DNA of 64,000 bases from Syntrophales bacterium (GCA_963666365.2 CAXXNF010000002.1:576001-640000), one strand, 5' to 3'. Counted from the first letter of the stretch, positions 1 to 11,500 are shown. The notes: generated by a model from the sequence alone, not told the origin. Program-made: numbers and translations.

Positions 1-869
1 TGGCGGAGGCATACACCCGGGCATTCCGGACGGATCGCATCGCGGCATTTGGCGGCTGCGCGGCGCTGAACAGGCCCATCGACAGGGAAACGGCTGAGTT
101 GATGAGCAAAATGTATCTGGAAGTAGTGGCTGCTCCCGATTATGTAGAGGGCGCCTTCGAAATTTTGAAGCAGCGAAAAAATCTGCGTATTATTCAAATC
201 AAAAGAATCGACCAGCTCGAAAAATACAAAACCCTGCGCTTTGTCGATTTTAAGTCCATGATGGACGGCGGCATCATCGTCCAGCAGTCTCCACTGAACA
301 TGATACACACAAAGGAAGATCTGCAACCCGCCGCCTGCGAGTATAAGGGGCAGGCGTACACGATCGACCGGCTGCCGACGGATAAGGAATACGAAGACCT
401 GCTCTTCGGGTGGTTTGTGGAACAGGGCGTCAGTTCGAATTCAGTGCTCTACGTAAAAGACGGCTGCACAGTCGGTATCGGAACAGGTGAACAGGATCGT
501 GTCGGCGTCGCTGAGATAGCGGCTTACAAGGCCTATACAAAATATGCTGATCTGCTCTGCTTTGACCGGCACGGGATCTCCTATAAGGAATTCGAGCTTG
601 CAGTTGAAAAGGGCGAACGCAAGAAAAACGATCTTATTGCCATTGACGAGGAAACCAAAGCGGCCAAGGGTGGAATAGCCGGTGCGGCCATGATCTCCGA
701 TGCCTTCTTCCCCTTCAGAGACGGGGCGGATATGGGAATCAAAAACGGGGTGACGAGCATTGTACAACCCGGCGGTTCAGAGCGAGATTTCGAAACCATC
801 GTGGCATGCAACGATGCCGATCCAAAGGTGGCCATGGTATACACCGGCCAGAGGGCGTTCAAGCATTAG
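1..869 (+). CDS. purH: AICAR transformylase/IMP cyclohydrolase, C-terminal part (5' end outside window)
   Basis: Motifs GIGTGEQDRV, SDAFFPFRDG, IVQPGGS and C-terminal RAFKH; frame is open upstream of the called start. Confidence 0.85.
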   Translation, partial: AEAYTRAFRTDRIAAFGGCAALNRPIDRETAELMSKMYLEVVAAPDYVEGAFEILKQRKNLRIIQIKRIDQLEKYKTLRFVDFKSMMDGGIIVQQSPLNMIHTKEDLQPAACEYKGQAYTIDRLPTDKEYEDLLFGWFVEQGVSSNSVLYVKDGCTVGIGTGEQDRVGVAEIAAYKAYTKYADLLCFDRHGISYKEFELAVEKGERKKNDLIAIDEETKAAKGGIAGAAMISDAFFPFRDGADMGIKNGVTSIVQPGGSERDFETIVACNDADPKVAMVYTGQRAFKH

Positions 870-876
870 CAACAGA

Positions 877-904
877 GAAAGGGACATCATGCGATGTCCC
901 TTTC
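877..904. terminator. Hairpin between convergent genes, probable bidirectional terminator
   Basis: GAAAGGGACATC-ATGC-GATGTCCCTTTC, perfect 12-bp stem. Confidence 0.75.
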
Positions 905-912
905 CTGTACAA

Positions 913-1629
913 TCATATCTCCAGATATTTCTCCCGTATGTCCGGCCGGGCATCCAGTTCTTCAACGGTTCCGGTAAAGGCAAGTGATGCCTTTCCCATG
1001 ATATAGATGCGATGTGCCAGTGACATGGCCACTTTCAGGTTGTGCTCCACAAGAAGAACGGTAACGCCGGTTTTCCTTATCTCTTCCAGCATATCCCGAA
1101 CCTCTTTCACCAGGAGGGGGGCCAGGCCTTCCGTAGGTTCATCCACCATGAGGAGGCTGGGATTTCCCATGAGAGCCCGTCCGATGGCCAGCATCTGCTG
1201 CTCTCCGCCGGAGAGGTGGGCGCCTTTACTGTTGGAACGCATCTTGAGGGGAGGGAAGTGTGCAAAAATCCTTTCCTCAGTCCAGGCATCCGGGTTTCCC
1301 CGATCTGCCTTTCCCCGCCTGATCCCCATGGATAAATTATCCAGCACTGATAGTGTGGGAAATATCCGCCGTTCTTCCGGTACATATCCGACTCCGATGC
1401 CGGCCATCTTATAGGGCGGAAACCCTGTGACATCTTCACCTTTATACACAACGCTTCCCGACCTTGGTTTGACCAGACCAATTATACTTTTGAGCGTCGT
1501 ACTTTTCCCCATGCCGTTTCGACCGAGAAGCGCCACGCATTCCCCTTCGTCGACATTCAAAGACATATCCTGAAGGACGTGGCTGTCGCCGTAGTATGTA
1601 TTGATATTATTGACTTCGAGAAGCATCAT
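913..1629 (-). CDS. livF: Branched-chain amino acid-type ABC transporter ATPase (LivF-like)
   Basis: Walker A GRNGMGKST, signature LSGGEQQM, DEPTEGLAP. Confidence 0.9.
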   Translation of the reverse strand: MMLLEVNNINTYYGDSHVLQDMSLNVDEGECVALLGRNGMGKSTTLKSIIGLVKPRSGSVVYKGEDVTGFPPYKMAGIGVGYVPEERRIFPTLSVLDNLSMGIRRGKADRGNPDAWTEERIFAHFPPLKMRSNSKGAHLSGGEQQMLAIGRALMGNPSLLMVDEPTEGLAPLLVKEVRDMLEEIRKTGVTVLLVEHNLKVAMSLAHRIYIMGKASLAFTGTVEELDARPDIREKYLEI

Positions 1630-2374
1630 TCTCCTCCATATCTCCTAAATAGGCATCTTTAACCGCTTGATTTTCCCTGATTTCGCTTGGGGGACCGGAA
1701 GCGAGAACGGCGCCCATATGGAGCACGGTGATTCGATCCGCCAGGGAAAAGACCACATCCATATCATGTTCAATGATCACCGCTGTTTTTCCCTCGGTAA
1801 GCCGTCGAATCAGTTCAACCGCATAATGGGTTTCATCCTTGGACATGCCTGCCGTGGGCTCGTCGAGCATCACCAGATCGGGATCCGTGGCGAGGGCCAT
1901 ACTGATCTCCAGGGAACGGTGTTTGCCGTAGGACAGTGTATTTGCGGGAAAGTTCCGCTCGTTATATAAGTTGATCCGTTTGAGAATTTCATCCGTTTCC
2001 CTTGTGACGTCCTCCATTTTGTCAACTTTTTGAAACATATTGAAACGAATGCCCTTTCTCGAGAGAATGCCCATGCGGATATTCTGAAAGGCCGTGAGTC
2101 TGCCAAAGGTACTGGTGATTTGAAATGATCGCCCCATCCCGAGACGCACCATCGCCTGGGAGTCGGCATTGGTGACATTTTTCCCTTTAAAATACACGCT
2201 CCCTCGACTCGGCTCGTAGGTGCCGGTAATGACATTAAAGAGGGTGGTCTTTCCGGCGCCATTGGGGCCTATAATGGCGTGCCGCTCACCTGCGTCAACT
2301 TTAAGATTTACATCAAATAATACTTCCAAACCCTTGAAATCATGATAGAGTCCCTTCGTTTCCAGAATATTCAT
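1607..2374 (-). CDS. livG: Branched-chain amino acid-type ABC transporter ATPase (LivG-like)
   Basis: GPNGAGKTT, LSYG, DEPTAGM, EHDM, C-terminal AYLG. Confidence 0.9.
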   Translation of the reverse strand: MNILETKGLYHDFKGLEVLFDVNLKVDAGERHAIIGPNGAGKTTLFNVITGTYEPSRGSVYFKGKNVTNADSQAMVRLGMGRSFQITSTFGRLTAFQNIRMGILSRKGIRFNMFQKVDKMEDVTRETDEILKRINLYNERNFPANTLSYGKHRSLEISMALATDPDLVMLDEPTAGMSKDETHYAVELIRRLTEGKTAVIIEHDMDVVFSLADRITVLHMGAVLASGPPSEIRENQAVKDAYLGDMEENDASRSQ

Positions 2375-3366
2375 GATCTTCCCTCCGCCGCCGCTGCAGC
2401 AAGCTGCCTCTCAAGTATTTTTCGCCTGATCAGTCCGATCATACCCATAAATCCATAGGGAAAGTACATGATCACCACTATGAGAATTATGCCGTTTACC
2501 AGCTCGACGCGCTCTGTATAGCGCACGGTTATTTCTTCTATGACTGCAAAGATTGCAGAACCGAAGATGGGTCCCAGAAAGGTGCCCACGCCCCCCACCA
2601 TTGTCATCAGGATGGGGGCAAAAGAGTAGGCTATGTGGAGACAATCGGCGGAGACAAGGTCGTTGAAGAGTGCGTAAATCGATCCGGCTATCCCGGCAAA
2701 ACAGGCGGAAAGAGCATAGGCAACCGCCTTGCTGTGAGTAACCTTGAAGCCCATATAGCCGACACGCATAGTGTTTTCTCTGATACTGACCATGACCTGC
2801 CCGAAGGGTGTTTTTGTAATAAACCATGCGACCCACAAGCTGATGCCAATAACGATCATGGCAAAGTAATAGAATGTCGTGAAATCAGTCATATCGAGAG
2901 AAAACACACCGGGTATGCCGAGAGAGGGGATAGGAAATCCTCCGATCCCATCCTCTCCGCCGGTGATGTTTCTTAATTTGAGGGCCAATACGTACAGGAG
3001 CATACAGAACGCGAGGTGAATCATTGCAAAGGCTGAATGGGAAAGTCTCGCCACTATGGGGATCAAGAGCAGGGCGAGAGCGAGCGAACCCAAAATACCG
3101 ATCAGTAACGATAGAAGCAAGGGGCATCCGTCAATATGAGCCAGGGCGAGAGCGGTGGCATAGGCGCCGGCCCCGAAATACATGGCGTGTCCGAAGCTGA
3201 AGAGACCGACGAACCCCAGCAGCATGTTGTAACTGACGGCAAAAAGGGCAAATATGGCGAAGGTTACCACCACGTTGGTAAAATACATGCCGCAGATCAT
3301 CGGGCAGAAAACCAGGGACGCCACTATCGCTATCCACACAATCCACTTTAGATATTTCTTCATCAT
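2371..3366 (-). CDS. livM: ABC transporter permease (LivM-like)
   Basis: Multi-TM; GLFSFGHAMYFGAGAY, TGGEDG, VGGVGTFLGP. Confidence 0.88.
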   Translation of the reverse strand: MMKKYLKWIVWIAIVASLVFCPMICGMYFTNVVVTFAIFALFAVSYNMLLGFVGLFSFGHAMYFGAGAYATALALAHIDGCPLLLSLLIGILGSLALALLLIPIVARLSHSAFAMIHLAFCMLLYVLALKLRNITGGEDGIGGFPIPSLGIPGVFSLDMTDFTTFYYFAMIVIGISLWVAWFITKTPFGQVMVSIRENTMRVGYMGFKVTHSKAVAYALSACFAGIAGSIYALFNDLVSADCLHIAYSFAPILMTMVGGVGTFLGPIFGSAIFAVIEEITVRYTERVELVNGIILIVVIMYFPYGFMGMIGLIRRKILERQLAAAAAEGRS

Positions 3367-4235
3367 TCTCTCTCCCCGAAAAATCCAACCGGCTTAATTA
3401 TGAGGACAACGGCCATGAAGATAAACATCAGCACCGGTGCAAGCTGGGAGATAAACTGTACACCATAGGAAGATAAGAAGCCGGATATGAGAGAAACCAG
3501 CAAGGCGCCCCCCAGGCTTCCGAACCCTCCCACAATCACCACGATAAATGCGTCCATTCCCATCTGATCCGCAAGTCCCGGAAACACTGTCAGAATAGGG
3601 GCTATCGCAACCCCTGCAAGCCCGGCAAGCCATGTGCCGACACCGAATACACCCATGAAGAGAAAAGGGACGTTGATCCCCAGCACGTTGACCATATCCG
3701 CGTCGGATACGGCGGCACGCACCACCATTCCCAATCGGGTCTTGAAGAGGATAAAGGCCAGAAAAACCAGCACTACGAAGGACATGGCAATTATAAAGAG
3801 ACGATAAATGGAATATTCCAGACCTGCGACATTGATAAGACCCTGCAAAAGCGGTGGAACTGTTACGGTCAAATTCTCGGTTCCCCAAAAGACCTTGACA
3901 AGTTCCATGATTACGAACATAACGCCTATCGTAAGCGTCAATTCGGACAGAAGTCCCGCGGCGTGAACTTTTCTTAGAAAATATCTTTCTACGATTATAC
4001 CGACAAGGGCGGTGGCGATGGGTGCAAACAGCAGCGCCAGCCAGAAACTGCCTGTCATAGCTACCACCTGGTAACAAAAATAGGCCGACAGCATAAAGAA
4101 CGCGGTATGGGCAATATTCAATATCCCCATCATACCGAAGATCAGTGTGAGTCCGGACGCCACCAGAAAGAGCATCATTCCGTACGCGAGTCCGTGTATT
4201 CCCTGAGCAACATACATGGCCGTAGTCGGATCCAT
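3363..4235 (-). CDS. livH: ABC transporter permease (LivH-like)
   Basis: GLTLIFGMMGILNIAH, GGFGSLGGA, KPVGFFG. Confidence 0.9.
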   Translation of the reverse strand: MDPTTAMYVAQGIHGLAYGMMLFLVASGLTLIFGMMGILNIAHTAFFMLSAYFCYQVVAMTGSFWLALLFAPIATALVGIIVERYFLRKVHAAGLLSELTLTIGVMFVIMELVKVFWGTENLTVTVPPLLQGLINVAGLEYSIYRLFIIAMSFVVLVFLAFILFKTRLGMVVRAAVSDADMVNVLGINVPFLFMGVFGVGTWLAGLAGVAIAPILTVFPGLADQMGMDAFIVVIVGGFGSLGGALLVSLISGFLSSYGVQFISQLAPVLMFIFMAVVLIIKPVGFFGERE

Positions 4236-4342
4236 AATTTCCTCCTATCTTTTCGCCGGTTAATGAACACTATTACACAGTGTTGACCGTGAAACAGGCG
4301 TTCCTGTAAGATTTTGAATGCATGCACGTTTCTGTCCCTCAG

Positions 4343-4391
4343 CCCCTCGTGGTCCGCCGCCGGTGAAACCGGCGGTGAACCATGGAAGGGG
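4343..4391. other. GC-rich intercistronic stem-loop after the binding-protein gene
   Basis: CCGCCGGT-GAA-ACCGGCGG core extended by CGTGGT/ACCATG and CCCCT/AGGGG. Confidence 0.65.
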
Positions 4392-4448
4392 AGGGAGTCA
4401 TATCCGCAGACTCAATGACGCATCAAGGGTGCGGATCATGAATGGCGC

Positions 4449-5843
4449 TTATTTACACAATTCGGGATCCGCCTTGGGAAGTACCTTTTCGGCCGGTATT
4501 TCGTAAGAAGGGCCGGTAACGCAGGTCCCTTTATACCAGTAGTAAGGCGGTATGTTCATGCTTTGCTTCTGTTCCGCGGGCGGCACGTATATTTCCACGT
4601 GAATATCCTGGATCGCCTTGTGGTCGCAGGCTCTCATCTTCATCAGCTTGCCGTTTGGATATATGTAGGTATCACCTTCAAATACTTTGATGATCTTTTC
4701 CGGATCAGTGGTTCCGGTTCTTTCCATCACGCTCAAAAACCAGTAAGTCTGTGCCTTGTAGGAGCCGATATTTCCCGTTCCGTGCTTATACAGCAGGGTA
4801 TCGTAGGGCGGCGCCCATTTGCCGGCCTCCCACAGATCGTTCCAGGCCTTGTAGTATTTAATCTGTTCGGGGGTTTTAAATGCGCCGCCGGCGACTCCAT
4901 ATTGGCTCACGTGGACCAGTCCATGGGTTCCCTCAATTCCTACCGCGTGGAGGAAATTGGGCTCATCGAGAAATATGTTGATAAAGGGGAGCGTAATTCC
5001 GGCCTGCCGCGCCTGTTTGAGCAGATTGGCCGCATCGGGAATCCAGTCGCCCGTATATATGGCCTCGGCGCCGGAGGCCTTGATTTTTTCCAGATAAGGG
5101 GCAAAGTCGGTAAGGAACAGTCTATGAAAGTCCTCGCCCACGAGCTGACCTTGGGGGTAGTATTCTTTCAGGCCCACTTTAAATCCATCGGCCATGGAGT
5201 GCCCGAAGGTGTAATCCTGGCAGAGGATATAGAATTTTTTCTCAGGATTCTTTTTAATATTACCATAGTAGTAGGCTGCGGCACGGCCGATCTGTTCGCA
5301 GGAAATGGATGTCATGAAAGAATAGCGGGTGAAGTTATCGGCGTCCATAAGCTCATCGGACAATGCTGCGGTATTCAGGGCAATGACTTTGTGTTTGTCC
5401 GCCACTTGATTGATCACCTTCATAAGATGGCTTCCATTGGTTCCCCAGAGAACATGCACTTTATCCTGCAGAATCATCCTCTCGCACACCTTTTTGCAGA
5501 CGGGAACTTTTGATTGGTGATCGGCCTTGATCATTTCGACCAGTTTCTTCTTGCCGTCGACCATGATGCCGCCCCGCTTGTTGATATCATGCGCTACCCA
5601 CAGGGCTGAGATCCAGTATATCTGCCCGACTACGGCTGCGGGACCGGAATGAGAGGCCACTATTGCCATTTTTATGGTATCACCGGTGGGAATTACGGGG
5701 TTGTTTGGATCAAAGTCGGACATATCCGGCATATTCTTTCCGTCATACTGAGCATTGGCTGCCATGGCGTGAGGCACCCATATAAAACAGAGAACGCACA
5801 GAACCACCATTAGAAACAGCACTTTTCCATTAATTTTCATCAT
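4449..5843 (-). CDS. ABC transporter substrate-binding protein (LivK/J-like superfamily)
   Basis: Signal peptide; DINKRGGI, DFAPYLEKIKASGAE, MRACDHKA; first gene of the liv-type operon. Confidence 0.85.
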   Translation of the reverse strand: MMKINGKVLFLMVVLCVLCFIWVPHAMAANAQYDGKNMPDMSDFDPNNPVIPTGDTIKMAIVASHSGPAAVVGQIYWISALWVAHDINKRGGIMVDGKKKLVEMIKADHQSKVPVCKKVCERMILQDKVHVLWGTNGSHLMKVINQVADKHKVIALNTAALSDELMDADNFTRYSFMTSISCEQIGRAAAYYYGNIKKNPEKKFYILCQDYTFGHSMADGFKVGLKEYYPQGQLVGEDFHRLFLTDFAPYLEKIKASGAEAIYTGDWIPDAANLLKQARQAGITLPFINIFLDEPNFLHAVGIEGTHGLVHVSQYGVAGGAFKTPEQIKYYKAWNDLWEAGKWAPPYDTLLYKHGTGNIGSYKAQTYWFLSVMERTGTTDPEKIIKVFEGDTYIYPNGKLMKMRACDHKAIQDIHVEIYVPPAEQKQSMNIPPYYWYKGTCVTGPSYEIPAEKVLPKADPELCK

Positions 5844-6328
5844 TCCCTCCTTGAAAATTCAGATTGTGCGCCGGACGATGAAAGAAGCATACACGTGGAA
5901 TGCCTGAAAAGGCATTTACCCATCGAGCTTTTTCATCTGTTTTCTTGCTCCCCCCTATGGTGCAAGATAACGTAGCTCGGCGTAGCATACTGTAAAAAAT
6001 ACGATTGTTCCCGTATCACCCCCTTTTCAGACATTATGTTGCGATATCGGTTTATCTGCGCGGCCACAGGGTCAGCCCGTGTTGCAATCGTTGCTGAGTC
6101 TAATGGCGCCTTTACATTATGAACAGTGTAAACGTGTGATTAAAAGCTTTAACAAGAGTGTCTTGATGTTGAAGTGCCGAAAGTGTGGGTGCGGGAACTC
6201 TTGATCAGTAATGCTCACCAGAAGAGAATCTGTAAAGCAGGCATTCAGCGTGTAAGGAGTATTGTACTGAAAGATATAGAATATTATTTTCGGTGTCAAG
6301 CTCTATGTTGGGTTATGTTGGGTTAGCA

Positions 6329-6727
6329 TTATTGCTTGTGGCATTCGAACTGATCTCCGGATTGATGACACTCCACAATGCTGTTGATCGGCAGATTGCC
6401 GACCGTTCTGCCGCTTGTCCAACTGGTGCTTGTGGAATCCAATTTTATTACCGCCTTGTAAAGCCAGTTACCCTGCATGGTGCCGTTGCAGACATCTAAG
6501 GCCTTTTCATCACCCTGGCTCAGGTAGTCTATGTCCGTTCCCCTGGCAAACAGCATAACATCATCGCCATTGTTGAATACCTGAAATGTGACTTTGACGC
6601 GGTTGCCTCCCGTTTTGAAGAACTTCAGATAGATGCAGCCCGCCTGGGTGATTCCCGGCAGGAAGGCGACAAAGAACATAGAGATGAGGGCACACGCGAC
6701 AAGAACTTTAATGCTTTTTGATATCAT
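6329..6727 (-). CDS. Hypothetical exported protein
   Basis: Signal-like N-terminus ending TQA; GGGAGG-type RBS upstream; no recognisable family. Confidence 0.6.
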   Translation of the reverse strand: MISKSIKVLVACALISMFFVAFLPGITQAGCIYLKFFKTGGNRVKVTFQVFNNGDDVMLFARGTDIDYLSQGDEKALDVCNGTMQGNWLYKAVIKLDSTSTSWTSGRTVGNLPINSIVECHQSGDQFECHKQ

Positions 6728-6883
6728 CGGGTCACCTCCCTTTGTCGCTGATTGATCACTATGAAATTTTCTCGGTGTTTATAATAAGCTACCACGGAAA
6801 CTTCGGTGCTTGCAATGGTTTTATTTGCCTTGATTCTTATGCTTTCCCTAGTGTGAGTGAGGACATGCAGGGGAGGGGATTTT

Positions 6884-6913
6884 CACCCTCTCCTTTTTTG
6901 CAAGGAGAGGGTG
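6884..6913. terminator. Perfect hairpin downstream of the fdn operon (terminator or REP-like)
   Basis: CACCCTCTCCTT-TTTTGC-AAGGAGAGGGTG. Confidence 0.55.
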
Positions 6914-7022
6914 CTTTTCGATGTTGTGAGGGACCGTCAAAAATGTAAGTATCCACTTTTTTTCGATCCGATCCAAATCCTGACATCACGAGAGCCGGGG
7001 CCAAAAGGGGGTTGCCTGTAGA

Positions 7023-7691
7023 TTAGTGCTCTGCCGCAGCCTTTTTTTCACCGTAGACCTCGAGTTTGCCCCTTTCTTCCATTTCCCTCAACCACTTGGG
7101 ACACTGTTTCTCACACCATGCCCTTGTCACATATCCGTTCATAATCGCGGAAAATGATCCGGGCACACCAACGGTCCCCAGGTAGAGATGAATGAAGAAG
7201 AAGGGAAAAATCACGAAAAATCCCAGTGCATGGAGGAAAAACATGAAACGGACCGTCGCCGCACTGAATCCCAGGGGGAACCACATGATCAATCCGCTTA
7301 TGATCATGATAATCCCAAAGACCGCGACGGCAATGAAAAACGCCTTTTGTCCGGGATTGTACTTTCCCGTTTCGGGAGGATTGTCCACGTGCCAGAGGTA
7401 GCCCCCTGCACACTTGATCCACTCCAGGTCATCAGGAAAATCGAAGATAGCCGCTTCTTTCCACCATACCAGAATCCCGAAAAACAGGGAGGGGATAAAG
7501 ACAATACCGGCAAAATTATGCACCAGCTTTAAATTCTTCAGCCCTCCCACGGGGATCGCCAGAAAGTTGAAGGAATGGAACATCATTCCCAATCCGGAAA
7601 GCATGAGAATAATACAGGAAAGTGCCAGGCACCAGTGGACTATTCTCTCAAACGCATCCGATACTTTAATCATTCCTTTTTTCGGTATCAT
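7023..7691 (-). CDS. fdnI: Formate dehydrogenase cytochrome b (gamma) subunit
   Basis: ERIVHW, GKYNPGQK, four TM helices with His; start moved to ATG 7691 behind a GGAGGTG RBS. Confidence 0.88.
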   Translation of the reverse strand: MIPKKGMIKVSDAFERIVHWCLALSCIILMLSGLGMMFHSFNFLAIPVGGLKNLKLVHNFAGIVFIPSLFFGILVWWKEAAIFDFPDDLEWIKCAGGYLWHVDNPPETGKYNPGQKAFFIAVAVFGIIMIISGLIMWFPLGFSAATVRFMFFLHALGFFVIFPFFFIHLYLGTVGVPGSFSAIMNGYVTRAWCEKQCPKWLREMEERGKLEVYGEKKAAAEH

Positions 7692-7692
7692 T

Positions 7693-8502
7693 TTATTCAC
7701 CTCCACCCTTATGTGCCTGACCGCTGTCACCGCTCGTATCCTTCGGTCCGTGAATGATATAGTGGAAGAGCGAACCGGCCAGCACGCCGCCGGCAGCAAT
7801 CAAACTGAGCGGTTTCAACCAGTCCTTCCAGGCAATGATCGTCAAAGGAACGGCCGGATGCGCAGGAAGATTTTCATAAACCTCCGGTTTTTCTCCCAAT
7901 ATGTACATCACGTGGGTTCCGCCGACGAATTTATCGCCGTAGACATTCGCGTCGCCTCCTAATTCCTTTACCCGTTCATAGGCCTTTTGTATCATTTCGT
8001 CTTTTTTGCCGATCGAAAGCGCGCCGGTGGGGCATGATTTAACACAGGCGGGAAGTTCGCCCCCTTTCAAACGATCGTAGCAAAGATCACACTTGAGAAT
8101 TTTGTCCGTGTGCGGGTTGTACTTCGGAACGTCAAAGGGACAGGCGGCAATGCACTCTTTGCACCCGATACAAAGCGAGGAATTTAAACCGATCGTTCCA
8201 AGTTCAGTACGGTACAGGGCATTGCTCGGGCAGACCTTCACGCAAGCCGCGTCGGTGCAGTGCATGCACCCTTCTTTTCTGAACAACCACTTTAATGTTC
8301 CCTTGGTGTCGACATACTCCTGAAAACGGATCAGTGTCCAAGTGTTCCAGCCCAATTCCGGGGGGTTCTGATAGCTGCCCCAGTTTTTTGTTCTCAGACC
8401 TGGCATTTCGTTCCACTGTTTACAGGCAACCTGACAACCCCGACAGGCCGTGCACTTTGTCGTATCAATAAGTTTTATGAGTTCATTTTTATTCATCATC
8501 AA
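7693..8502 (-). CDS. fdnH: Formate dehydrogenase iron-sulfur (beta) subunit
   Basis: CTACRGCQVAC, CMHCTDAACVKVCP, CIGCKECIAACP, KCDLC...PACVKSCP; C-terminal TM anchor. Confidence 0.92.
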   Translation of the reverse strand: MMMNKNELIKLIDTTKCTACRGCQVACKQWNEMPGLRTKNWGSYQNPPELGWNTWTLIRFQEYVDTKGTLKWLFRKEGCMHCTDAACVKVCPSNALYRTELGTIGLNSSLCIGCKECIAACPFDVPKYNPHTDKILKCDLCYDRLKGGELPACVKSCPTGALSIGKKDEMIQKAYERVKELGGDANVYGDKFVGGTHVMYILGEKPEVYENLPAHPAVPLTIIAWKDWLKPLSLIAAGGVLAGSLFHYIIHGPKDTSGDSGQAHKGGGE

Positions 8503-8507
8503 GCCTC

Positions 8508-11500
8508 CTAAATCTTCGACACGTTAACCATGAACGCCTTGTACTCGGGACAGAACGTGTTCGCGTCACCGATAGAAGGTGTCAGGATATTGGCGCTATC
8601 CCCGCCGTCTTCGGGGAACAGCCACCCATAGTTGAAGGGCAGACCGACTTGATGCACCGTTTTGCCTTCGACCTGGAACGGACGAAACCGTTTGGTAACC
8701 ATAGCTACACAGTGAAGGAATCCTCGGGCTGAGGATACCTTTACCCGTTCACCGTTCCTGATTCCCTTTTCTTGCGCAAGTACGTCGCCGATTTCGACAT
8801 AAGCTTCAGGCTGCATCTCCAGGAGCCATGCCTGCCATCGCGTCAGCGCGCCCGAACACCAATGTTCCGTGCAGGAGTAAGTAGTACAGACATAGGGAAA
8901 CTGATCACTTGCACTGGCCGTTTTGTCCATGTCGGTGTCGAAGACATGAAGCGCTGGATTATTTAACTGGCTTGAAAGGGGATTTTTGCTCAGAGGACTT
9001 TCATAGGGTTCATAGTGCTCTGAGAAAGGTCCTTCCGCCATGCCTGGACCGAAAAGTGATCCTACGCCGTCAGGTTTCATGATAAAGGGGTATTTCCCAT
9101 TTTTTTGATCGGCCATAGGTGCCCAGCCGCCGTCGGGCACATCGCCCACCCATCGTTCGCCTGTCCATTCCAGCAGTTTTCTCTTTGGATTGTAAGGTTT
9201 GCCATATATGTCACAGGATGCGCGATTATACAAGATGCGCCTGTTGACGGGCCATGCCCATGCCCATTCGGGGTAAAGGCCGAGACCTGTCGGATCGTCT
9301 TTCCCGCGCTTGATCATCTTATTTTCGCCGTCGGCTGTGAAACTTCCCGCCATAAGCCAGTTTCCGCTGCATGTCGAACCATCGTCCTGCAGCATGCCGA
9401 AAGTGGGAACCTGCTGCCCCTTCCTGAAGACTTTCCCGTCGATGACTGTGTCCCTGAGGAAAAAGCCGTTGATCTGTTTCGCTGCCTTTAACGCTGAGAA
9501 GGAACCGTTCCTGTGAGTATAATCGGACTTGAATTTGAGGATGGGTTCGGGGTTTACGCCGCCTTCCCTGGCATAAAGCGCTTTAACGGCATCGATGATT
9601 TTAATGAACATCTCGCCTACGGGAATTGCATCACCCGGGGCTGCAGCAGCTTGATATTTCCACTGAACCCATCTGCCGCTGTTCGTCTGACTGCCTTCCT
9701 TTTCCATTGTGGCGGACGCAGGAAGGAGGAAACACTCCGTTTTGACTTTTTGGGGATCAACACCGGGTCCCTTCCAGAAAGAACAGGTTTCATTGTCGAA
9801 AATATTGGCGCTTACCAGCCAGTCCAGTTTTTCCAATGCCTTTCTCACTTTGCCTGCATTGGGTGAACTGACGGCAGGGTCCGTGCCTACTGAGAACAGT
9901 CCCTTTACCGAGCCTTTGTACATTGCATCGAAAAGGTGCATGAGGGAATAGGGTATTCCATCGTCAAGTTTCGGCATCCAGGAATAACCGAATTCGTTCT
10001 CCGGCGTTGCCTTGTCGTCGAAGAGCGACTTGAGGAAGCTCACGTAAAACTTGGGATAGTTTCGGTAGTAATTCGGTGATTGCGGATCATTCGTTACCGG
10101 GGTGTACTTCGTGAGATACTTCTCGAGCGTATCGAGGGATGCCACAGGCATTTTCAGATAGCCCGGCAGATTGCCGTACAGGATGCAGTGGTCGGTCGAG
10201 CCCTGAACGTTCGGTTCGCCGCGAAGAGCATTAACCCCGCCGCCGCAGATACCGATATTGCCGAGCAGCAGTTGAATCATGGCCATGGTGCGTATATTCT
10301 GCGTACCCGTGGAATGATGTGTCCAGCCCAGAGCGTAGCAGATCGTGCCTGCCCTGTCGCCGACACCGGTGCTTGTGTAGTCCGTATAGACTTTCATCAG
10401 GTCTTCTTTGGAAACACCGGTGATGCTGGATGCTTTATCCAGTGTATAACGGGAATAATGTTTTTTCAAAAGCTGGAACACGCATCGCGGATGGGTCAAA
10501 GAGGAATCCTTCTTGGGAATGCCGCTGAAGTCCTTTTCGAATGTCCAGGTTTCCTTGTTGTACTTTTTCTTTTCCTTGTCGTATCCGGAAAAGAGACCGT
10601 CGTTGAAGCCGAATCCTTCCGACACGATAAAAGAAGCGTTGGTGTAGTTAAGGACATAATCCCTAAAGTATTTTTCATTGCTCAGAATGTAATTGATCAT
10701 CCCTCCCAGGAAGGCGATATCCGTTCCTGAGCGCAGGGGAACATGATAATCGCAGCGCGCCGATGTTCTGGTAAACCGGGGGTCCACATGGATAAGTCTT
10801 GTTCCGTTTTTTTCCTTTCCCCGGAGCATCCATTTAAAGGCGATGGGGTGATGTTCCGCCGCATTGCTGCCCATGATTAATATGCAATCGCTGTGCTGAA
10901 GATCAATCCAGTGGTTCGTCATGGAACCGCGTCCGAACGACTCTGCCAGAGCCGCTACAGTCGGACTGTGTCAGACCCTGGCCTGGTGATCGACATAGAC
11001 AAGTCCCATGGCACGCGAAATGATGCTCATCAGCCAGCATTCTTCGCTGTCAACGTTGGAACTTCCCAGATGACCGATCGCTTCAGTTCTGTTGACGATC
11101 TGGCCTTTGCTGTTAGTGGTGATGAAATTCTTATCCCGCGTGTCTTTCACAAGGCGGGCAATGCGGGAAAGCGCCCAGTCCCACTCTTTCTCTTCCCACC
11201 GGTCACTCATCGGCGCCCGGTAGAGCACTTTTGTAAGGCGGTATTTATTGGCCTCCGTGAGATCAAAAAATCCTGCTCCCTTTGCGCAGAGCGAACCCTC
11301 ATTGATGGGGTGATCGGGGTCGCCTTCGATATTGAATATCTTTCCGGTCACCTTGTCAACGCTGCAAATAAGACCACACCCCACAGCACAGTAACAGCAG
11401 ACAGTGGTAACCTGCTTGGCTGCTTTTACTCGGTTCATCTTATTGAGTTCGTTTGCATAGGCTCTTGTCGGTTTTAAATTAATTCCCAGGGAGGAAAGGG

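Noticed and set aside
5916..5936. Mini-ORF MKKLDG* upstream of the binding-protein gene, resembling the starts of both binding-protein paralogs
   Set aside because: Too short to separate a decayed duplicate or leader peptide from chance
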